Shown here piece by piece: positions 58,201 to 64,000 of a DNA stretch of 64,000 nucleotides. Positions within the stretch are counted from its first letter, which is position 1. Every line of letters starts with the position of its first letter. The DNA lies in the IMG/VR virus record IMGVR_UViG_3300047510_001118, positions 124,001 through 188,000 of that record, one strand, 5' to 3'. Under the pieces are notes generated by a model. The model saw only the letters and a program-made list of their open reading frames with translations. It had not been told where the DNA came from and searched no databases. The translations under genes were made by a program, and so were the position numbers.

Positions 58201-61200
58201 GCAAAGTTACTGCCAAATGCCATGTCGTAGGCAATAGCATCTACCATATAGCCAATATCTCTAGAACATGTATCCTCGTTAAATGATAGGTCTTGGAAGA
58301 ACTTATTAACCCATGCTAGACCATCTAATTGTATTTCAGATTTGCGAGATTGAATAGCCGCAAATCCTGCTTCTAAATCATCGTCTACCCATGTTAGGCT
58401 AGGAGCGAGTGTTGTTGGACTTTCACCGTCTTCGATCCAGTCGATAACATCCTGTACTCGATCTTGAGCAAACGTGGCTGCGCCGATTGATCCCCCTGTA
58501 CCGCTTAGGGATTGTGGCGTTACGTTTCCTGCCTGTGGAGTTACAGATAATCTTCTTGCTACCTCGTCAATAATACTCTTCATGTGAGTATATGCAGCCA
58601 CAGTAGCAACTTCTGTGTCTTCTGGGATGACTAGATTAATATAGGTATAGTAACTACGACCTGCAATCAATGTCTGAGTGTTACCGCCATAGGTCAAATC
58701 GTAACGAATTGCATCTAAGATATATTCAATATCGCGTTGACATTTTGCTTGCCCTGTTGCTCCTAGAGCGGTCCAAACTGCTGGATATGTGTTTTGTATA
58801 TAACGGCTTACATCTGCTTTAATGAAGGCATAGTTGTTAGCAATCTGTATTCTTGCGTTCTGATAGTCAACATCAAATCCGACAGGATCTGGCATTATTT
58901 CTACAGGAGCCGCTGTTACGCCGTCTGCTAATATATCATAGATAGTATTAGCCGCAGTTTCTACTCGCTCTGCGGCCGCATATTCTCCAACCGTTCCAAA
59001 TATATCAACGTTACTTCCGTCAAGTTTACCGACAATAGCAACAGGATCTAAAGGATTGCCAGGAGTCTTAACAATCGATAATGGAGAAGTTAAAAGATCT
59101 GGAATAATATCTTTAACTCTTCTTAGTGATGCTACAGTTTTTTCTGTATCGTTGGCCAACAATTCTATAGCAGGCTGTGGTCTAATCACAGTTGAACGTA
59201 GTTCGTCGCCAACTACCGCAGTATTCTTGGGAATAATCATCGGTAATACTTCAAAGTATGTTCCAGTTTTAACAGAAACAGTAGTATTAGATGTTACAGC
59301 AGCCTTAATAGCCAATTCTGACTGGGCAAGAAGACCGTTAATAACAATATCTAACAGGTCGCTAACTAGTGCCTTTGCCTGTGTTTCTGCGGTCAAATCA
59401 GTATCGATGATCTGTGCTACTTGATCTGCTACTAGAACACCGTTTTCTATCTGATAACTAGTTGTTGGCTCAACATTGTCTAGGACATCTTCTGCTATAG
59501 AAACTAGATATTCATATGCTGAAACAGTTTGTGTAATCTGTTCGGCAAAATTATCATTGATATAATTTCCGCCATCAGCATCGTAGTATGATCTTGCGGC
59601 CTTTGTAGACTCTTCGTTACCGCCATGGCCGATATCATAAATTAAAGCATCAACTAATAGGCCAACATCTCGCTCGCAGGTCGCTTCGTCATAGGATAAA
59701 GTACCAGTCATTGGGGCAGTTTGAGTCGTAAGAGTTCTTGTAATACCGCCCTGTGTGTTAGAGATCGTAAATTTTACCCCGTCTATAACTTGTTTAACGT
59801 AATATTTTGTTCCAGCAGTTACTCCACCGACTGTGCCGCTAAATTCAATTGGCATATTAGCAGATAGGTTGCCGGTGCTATTACATGTAAATTCGTTAGT
59901 TGCAGCAGAACTTGCTGAGATAGCAACTGTGTAAGTATATGTTACCCAGTTTGAAACCTCTTTCATTATAAATTGTTTATTTTTTCTTAGAAGATCGCAA
60001 GCGTCTCTGTTATGATATCCTTTTTCAATTTGATCTAAGGCATAACGCACACTAGCCCAAGGTTTGTCAAAACTTAAACCTTGTCCTGATTCTAAAGTAT
60101 CTGTTCCAGTAGGCCCAACATAAACTAAGTTATTAATAATACCGTAGTATTCCCATGCTGGAAATCCTTGATTTACACGTAAGATCTGGCCATCTGTTCC
60201 GATAGGCAGTCTTGCTGGACCGTTAGCACTGTAATAATATGTATCGCCCTCTGTGGTCAATACTAATGCTTCGCTACCAGCAGATAAAAGATTCCAAAAA
60301 TCACCGTCTGTGTCTTGGTCTGGACGATTTCCAGGAGGAGTAGCAGTTGATGTATGTGGTGCCAAGCAGACAAAACTACTGGCTCCCCAAAATACTACAT
60401 CACCTCTATGATATGTAACACCTGATGTCCATGTAGACCCATATCCTACATACGAAATATTACCAATTACATTTGACGCTTCGGTGCTTACCGTGATGAT
60501 AAGATCATTGGCCGGGCTAATACCGCCTAGATCTGTACCAAGAATTTTAATTTTATCGCCAACATCATAACCTGTACCACCGTCAGCCACTGTTACGATA
60601 TACGATGTTCCAACTCTTTCTACATCAAATTCTGCTCCGGTTCCGCCTCCTACTAGAGGAATTAAATTAGTTCCAGTTACAGCAAGATACTCAGCACTAG
60701 ATGTTCGCCATTTGAAGCCAGAATTTAGTTGACTCCAATACATAACTGCCGGTGGTTCTTCAGCAGTATTATCAGCGATTGCTACGAATGTGTAGGCTCC
60801 TGCTCTAACGACATCGCCCACTTTATAGTCTTCAGTGCTTAACCAGTCTCCGCGGAAATTAAATCCGGTTGTATAAAGATCCCAGTCATCTGAATTAGTT
60901 GTCGGTGTTTGACCAACGTTGTTTGTTTTAGCAATAAATGAATAACCACCATAGGTTACAATATCGCCCTCTTGATAAACTGTTGCTATATCCCACGAGT
61001 CTTCAAATTGTAAACCTTCAACAAACAATACAAATTTTACATTGTCAAAAGTTGAAGTTGATGTATGAGGAGTTACACAAATCCATGTGCTGGCTCCATA
61101 TTTTACTACATCGTTTAATTTATATCTAGTAGTTGCGGCCCAATCGCCTAGATATGTAACACCTTGATTAAAGATGTCCCATTTACCTTGATCTAATTCA

Positions 61201-61919
61201 AGCCCTAATTGACTTGGTCCTGTAACAGTTCCTGCTATGGTCTGTGGACCATATGTGCCTGCTAGAGCAAACTGAACTGATGTCGTAGTACAAGCGGTAA
61301 CTGTGAAAGTTCCGTTAAATTCTGTTGGTGTTACGTCAGCGATTGTGATTGATGCGCCAGGAGCATATGGAGCAACGACCTGTGCAGCAAATGTTATAGT
61401 GGCTGTTCCGCCAGTGGCCGAAGCGCCAGTTGTAGGTAGTTCAACTGTTGCGGCTGCTGAAGTATGATAGGCATTACATACATAGGTTGTTCCGCCGTAT
61501 CTTACAAAATCGTGTGAACGATATCTAGTATTAGCAGTCCACGTGCCGCGCCATAAAAATGACTCAGCAAATGTATCCCATTTATCGTCATCGTCTTCAA
61601 GACCTAATGCTAGTGTGGCCGCAGATGTATGTGCTTCTGTACAGAGATAAATCAAACCGCCGTATTTGACAAGATCGCCTACGTTGTAGTAGGTACTTAT
61701 TGCCCAGTCGCCTGTCCAGTTTGTTCCGCCTGATACCAGGTTCCATTTACTTGGAATTGCTGATCTGTCAGTTTCAAAAAGGGCTGCCGATGTATGGGGT
61801 ATTACGCAAATATATGTTTGACCTCCGACGCTTACTACGTCGTCTGGTACATAAGATGTGGTTGCGTCCCATTCGCCTTGCCACACAAATCTAATTCTAC
61901 CTAATTTAAATTCAGCCAT
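52242..61919 (-). CDS. Giant modular virion fibre/baseplate protein (3225 aa)
   Basis: Seven N-terminal aromatic CBM5/12-like repeats, a beta-helix-like segment interrupted by six helical CxRD repeats, Asp-box (S/T-x-D/N-G-x-T-W) propeller, conserved C-terminal TGHD domain. Confidence 0.85.
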   Translation of the reverse strand: MAEFKLGRIRFVWQGEWDATTSYVPDDVVSVGGQTYICVIPHTSAALFETDRSAIPSKWNLVSGGTNWTGDWAISTYYNVGDLVKYGGLIYLCTEAHTSAATLALGLEDDDDKWDTFAESFLWRGTWTANTRYRSHDFVRYGGTTYVCNAYHTSAAATVELPTTGASATGGTATITFAAQVVAPYAPGASITIADVTPTEFNGTFTVTACTTTSVQFALAGTYGPQTIAGTVTGPSQLGLELDQGKWDIFNQGVTYLGDWAATTRYKLNDVVKYGASTWICVTPHTSTSTFDNVKFVLFVEGLQFEDSWDIATVYQEGDIVTYGGYSFIAKTNNVGQTPTTNSDDWDLYTTGFNFRGDWLSTEDYKVGDVVRAGAYTFVAIADNTAEEPPAVMYWSQLNSGFKWRTSSAEYLAVTGTNLIPLVGGGTGAEFDVERVGTSYIVTVADGGTGYDVGDKIKILGTDLGGISPANDLIITVSTEASNVIGNISYVGYGSTWTSGVTYHRGDVVFWGASSFVCLAPHTSTATPPGNRPDQDTDGDFWNLLSAGSEALVLTTEGDTYYYSANGPARLPIGTDGQILRVNQGFPAWEYYGIINNLVYVGPTGTDTLESGQGLSFDKPWASVRYALDQIEKGYHNRDACDLLRKNKQFIMKEVSNWVTYTYTVAISASSAATNEFTCNSTGNLSANMPIEFSGTVGGVTAGTKYYVKQVIDGVKFTISNTQGGITRTLTTQTAPMTGTLSYDEATCERDVGLLVDALIYDIGHGGNEESTKAARSYYDADGGNYINDNFAEQITQTVSAYEYLVSIAEDVLDNVEPTTSYQIENGVLVADQVAQIIDTDLTAETQAKALVSDLLDIVINGLLAQSELAIKAAVTSNTTVSVKTGTYFEVLPMIIPKNTAVVGDELRSTVIRPQPAIELLANDTEKTVASLRRVKDIIPDLLTSPLSIVKTPGNPLDPVAIVGKLDGSNVDIFGTVGEYAAAERVETAANTIYDILADGVTAAPVEIMPDPVGFDVDYQNARIQIANNYAFIKADVSRYIQNTYPAVWTALGATGQAKCQRDIEYILDAIRYDLTYGGNTQTLIAGRSYYTYINLVIPEDTEVATVAAYTHMKSIIDEVARRLSVTPQAGNVTPQSLSGTGGSIGAATFAQDRVQDVIDWIEDGESPTTLAPSLTWVDDDLEAGFAAIQSRKSEIQLDGLAWVNKFFQDLSFNEDTCSRDIGYMVDAIAYDMAFGSNFASIIAGKSYYRNLESALTVLASQKKASLGLVKFLKYKIRGLAVGGGSAKAQLGIETIVSYIRNGKQPRFQWPTFTGYDVENHAAAKLITQNKKFIAAEVQQFIDDNYPSIVYSEEKCMRDVEYIVDAVRYDLTYGGSFASKQAGVAYYSRLTNALQIDSADKTATLNAYAQLKTVLQAIASGGVYSTLQGTVTRITGTTGDATSSTLVGSLVDIITNIIDQGLTTGVPRVTITDIVGGTTFTTASAHGLDIGDEIRPQASANGLDSGVTYYVKTIPSGTQFTLSATWNGTAITSFTSGTGLTILAETTNLPDISWVSADMLTQATTLQSARATIISLVSDWIGENYPNLVYDSVTCQRDMGYVIDAVTYDMLMGSNFRAVKAGMAYYQAQASKVIGEQKRATLQTFRELRRRIVNTISSSDDASTSAKNGMDIIIDILEFGVGEQPEIHGTMSYANDSGLINSSLVIKANLDFLAEEASAYIAATYGGEVTDTTSPSNILETALAHNLSVNDPVRFTNVFGGVSNTETYYVTSVPSATEFTISLTKGGNDVSLTTSTGSMTVVYAYDPTSCKRDMREYMDALVYDLRWPGNYKTTRSAQLYLNAVKGSEYADMFRTRNACGLRNCTLIGLNGDLSALNDFGTKRPTAGAYVALDPGFGPNDESVWILTRSHYSQNVTMFGTGCSGAKIDSSLHNGGNKSMVKNDFTTIMSDGLGVWCTGSDSLTELVSVFNYYGYAGYLAEKGGRIRATNGNSSYGTYGVIAEGVSSKETPLYARVDNKAAQAQITNVVTDGTMEVLRLEFGNAGSDYSNTVHTVSGSGYNIEALADEYRDGAVFETRIIDPDDGNGSGGTNYASAQNAAQSGTDIEITIAATDTALTNAYNGMRIQITAGTGVGQYANILTFLNGSKVAQVYKDSFTSLTATNTTVTSNLITVASTASLYANMPIYFTGTAFGGITANIPYYVRSAGLTATQFTVSTTPGGGAVTLSTASGSMTILAAGWDHAVPGTPIEAALDLTTAYIIEPRVSYSAPGFNATARTLSSTTTWKDVCYGDNKFVAIANNSTSTSYSPDGVTWANAGVLPSSANWSSVVYAGGEGAVATAVVGGLSGRGAQFRAILGEANTTGAATADQVARVEILDGGQGYDTPPVIVFTAVSGGTGATATCAVLDGRITDVTVTIPGSGYNVAPTVSAATDRITQVTVESWGRGYNSNPDVSIGDPFTGSVWASSTSVSLDSILYHTNTTVTPNIKNWYRVTLAGTTGVGGPVHQSGTVSNGTASLLYIGTTAILTPSRVSATGTTDGVVSIAVTNTGAGYTTTPTVTILDSTAKYVAIATGSTDIAYTTRTGISTISAWTAGTALPASNLVSLAYGNNIYVAVGGASSAASSTSGTSFTTRTIPSLGAGTYSAVAYGAKAFVAISTGNNQTAYSTNGTSWTAGGTLPANTTWSGLAYGNGRFVAVASGGRNAAVSIDRGQTWVASPAGLPTSTSWTSVTYGQGMFIATASGTTACATSPDGLNWTARTLTVSSSWISGAFGNPSNTGIFALISAASGTIANTVRTGAQALGRVRVASGIVAEVRMIEPGSGYPKGTVSSTVASTDVINVSNTINLVDSMPVEFFGTTAGGLVEENTYYVIGSTITASSFKISTTAGSTTPVQLTDATISGMTYRAGPVFSVTDPNKVLPATFRVRLGDGALGNPSFSNRGADNSTAQAETLGDGYANLYQPSTFISVNGLYDIPTAGANVEFASLPGLYFKLVTVNNVLGDLGNYTATFQINPGLTVLQAPGHGDLITTRIKYSQVRLTGHDYLYIGTGNFNQTNYPNVDISTASQANQELFSGGGRVFFTATDQDGNFNVGDLFGVQQATGTATLNASAFNLSGLNSLQLGSVELGIGSAIITQFSTDPFFTADSDNVVPTQRAIKAYITAQIGGGQSSLNVNTLTAGVVYIAGNSISTTTGVALNVTSKMNFTGGIDGAPVALGFFMQR

Positions 61920-61969
61920 TTAGTGCTCCATCCTTACTCGTTATTTATCTTACTTTATATTTCCGGTTT

Positions 61970-64000
61970 TTATAGTGCTCCGGGCCTTACCCACTGATTT
62001 ACAAAGAACTGATAGGCCATGCCGTCTCCGTCCCAGCCAGCAAATTCACCTTGTACATTGACTGTATTTGGCATATTAACTACTGATCCCGGAATTCCCG
62101 CAGGAATAGTACTTTGAATCTTATCTGGTCCACCTACTAATACTGTACCAGCAATCAACTGTCCTGTGAATGTATTTGATCCACCTTGACTTAATCTGCT
62201 GGTTAAATAGGATTTAATAGCCTTTTGAGTTGGAATTAGTTCGTTGCTGTTAGCAATAAATGTTGAATCTGTACTAAATTGTCTAATAACAACAGATGCT
62301 TGTCCAACGGCAATACCACCTAAACTCAGTGTTTCTAATCCTGATAATCCAAACTGGCTAGCACTTAAGGTAACAATACCTGTAGCCTGTTCAACACCGA
62401 ACAAGTCGCCAACTTTAAAGTTACCGTCTTGGTCTGTACTTGTATAAAACACGCGACCAAAGTTTACCTCAACTGCTTGATCCTGAGGTGCTAGAACAGT
62501 TTCTTCTGGAACATCTGGATAATTTGTTTGTTCAAAATTACCGTAACCAATATATAGATAGTCGTGTCCTGTTAATCGAGCCTGACTATATTTTGTTCTA
62601 ATTAATACTGGAGTTTCGTGATCCGGAGTTTCAGAAGATCGAATTTCCGGACCTACGGTTATATTTGCCTGTATGTTAGGAGCAACGGTACCAAATACTG
62701 CTGTTGCTCCTGTAATTTTATAAATTTGATCATTACCTTGTATAACTAAGTTATCCCCGGGTCCTGGTAATCTAGTTAAATTCTTAACAGTTAATGTAAG
62801 GCCGGTTTGATATTTGTCAGCATAACCACCGCCTCGAATAGCCACTGCTGTTGATGTAGTATTATATCCCTGGCCTCGGTTTAAAAATGTTGGATTTCCT
62901 AGTGTACCGTTACTAATTCTTGGAATTATAGAAGCATTTACAGTCACGTTTGGATCTCTAATAGTTATAGTTGGGGCCGATGCGTAATTAGAACCAGGTT
63001 CCCAAACAGCCACACCTGTGATTCTATTAGATGTAACAGTGACTCTTCCTTTTGTTTTTGCTCCGGCTTTGATTAGTGTAGCATTGTTCTGCCCCGAGAC
63101 TGTTACAAATGCTCCGTCTTTAGACGGTTCAACCCAACCGAATGTCACTGCTCCGTATGGATCGCTAGTAACTGTTCTACGTTTCCAGTTAAATCCGTCT
63201 TCGCTGGTCCAGGCAATATCTGAATTAGCATTTAATACTAAAAATACTCCTTGACCGTAACAGATTTTAGTTCCGGTAATTTCATAGGCACTCTGTTGCC
63301 ATGTTTGGCCATCAGTGCTAAACGCTGGTTTTCCTACAGTGCTAGAAATAGCAACAAACACACCGTTACCGTAGGCTACATCAGACCAATCTTCTGACGC
63401 AGGTAATGTTGTTATTGACCAAGATGTTCCGTTAGTGCTTAATGCAGCCGACGTTCCGCCCGATGCTACCGCAACAAATTTACCTGCTCCATAGCATAAA
63501 CCAGTCCACGATGCCGAAGTCGTTAACCCTGTCCCCGTGACCCATGTATTACCAAAGTCTGTCGAATAGGCTGCTGTTGCGTTCACTGCTGGGATAGGAT
63601 TCATTGGATCATCGTTATTAGCAGGTATATAAGTTGCTATGGCAACAAATTTACTGTTTCCATAAACTACTTTATTCCAACCGGATTTAGTTGGTAGTGT
63701 CGTTCTTTTCCAGCCGTCGCCGTTTGATTTTGAGACTAATGCTGTAGACTGTGTAGCAGTTGCGCCACCGCTGTAGGCAATTATTACCCAATAACTGTTT
63801 CCGTAGGCAATTCCTGACCATTGATCTCCAACTGGTAATGTAATCGGTGTCCATGTTTCACCGTCAACTGATCGTCCGATCGTCTGTTGACCGTCTGGCA
63901 CTGCCATAAAGAACCCGTTACCATATTCGATATCTATCCACTCGCTGCCTGTGGCCAGTGCGTTTGTCTGAGAATCTTCTTGAGTAAATCCCGGTGCTAA
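61970..64000 (-). CDS. Second giant virion protein, 5' truncated; paralogue of 52242-61919
   Basis: Frame open to 64000 (no stop upstream of ATG 63907). Asp-box repeats and YSQ.RLTGHDYLYIG...TDQDGNF.VGDLFGV.QATG C-terminal domain. Confidence 0.88.
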   Translation of the reverse strand, partial: LAPGFTQEDSQTNALATGSEWIDIEYGNGFFMAVPDGQQTIGRSVDGETWTPITLPVGDQWSGIAYGNSYWVIIAYSGGATATQSTALVSKSNGDGWKRTTLPTKSGWNKVVYGNSKFVAIATYIPANNDDPMNPIPAVNATAAYSTDFGNTWVTGTGLTTSASWTGLCYGAGKFVAVASGGTSAALSTNGTSWSITTLPASEDWSDVAYGNGVFVAISSTVGKPAFSTDGQTWQQSAYEITGTKICYGQGVFLVLNANSDIAWTSEDGFNWKRRTVTSDPYGAVTFGWVEPSKDGAFVTVSGQNNATLIKAGAKTKGRVTVTSNRITGVAVWEPGSNYASAPTITIRDPNVTVNASIIPRISNGTLGNPTFLNRGQGYNTTSTAVAIRGGGYADKYQTGLTLTVKNLTRLPGPGDNLVIQGNDQIYKITGATAVFGTVAPNIQANITVGPEIRSSETPDHETPVLIRTKYSQARLTGHDYLYIGYGNFEQTNYPDVPEETVLAPQDQAVEVNFGRVFYTSTDQDGNFKVGDLFGVEQATGIVTLSASQFGLSGLETLSLGGIAVGQASVVIRQFSTDSTFIANSNELIPTQKAIKSYLTSRLSQGGSNTFTGQLIAGTVLVGGPDKIQSTIPAGIPGSVVNMPNTVNVQGEFAGWDGDGMAYQFFVNQWVRPGAL

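Noticed and set aside
1-64000. Stop-codon reassignment
   Set aside because: All conserved genes are full length under code 11 and coding density is near complete.

Overview
This is a 64-kb segment of a large T4-like (jumbo-type) tailed phage genome, standard genetic code, almost fully coding and mostly on the minus strand. From left to right it holds: a recombination/repair operon (uvsW, uvsY, uvsX, gp32 SSB); putative internal head proteins; large and probable small terminase; gp4; tail tube; a 1100-aa sheath; dNMP kinase; neck and tail-completion genes gp13/14/15; and two fibre-like genes. Next comes a ~17-kb enzyme island with a Nudix hydrolase, 4 flavin-dependent halogenase homologues, 14 Fe(II)/2OG or JmjC oxygenases and 2 unknown paralogues. 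It is followed by a tail-fibre module with three His/Gly-rich paralogues, a 3225-aa giant and a paralogous giant cut by the window edge. The most striking observations are three. (1) The 3225-aa protein has six repeats that resemble, by eye, the phycobiliprotein/globin fold, and all six keep the bilin-attachment motif C-x-R-D. (2) The halogenase/oxygenase island is embedded among virion genes and fronted by the same late-promoter-like motif. (3) A recurring TAAATA-N5-ATG geometry suggests leaderless late mRNAs. All protein calls come from motif recognition, not database searches. The host is unknown.
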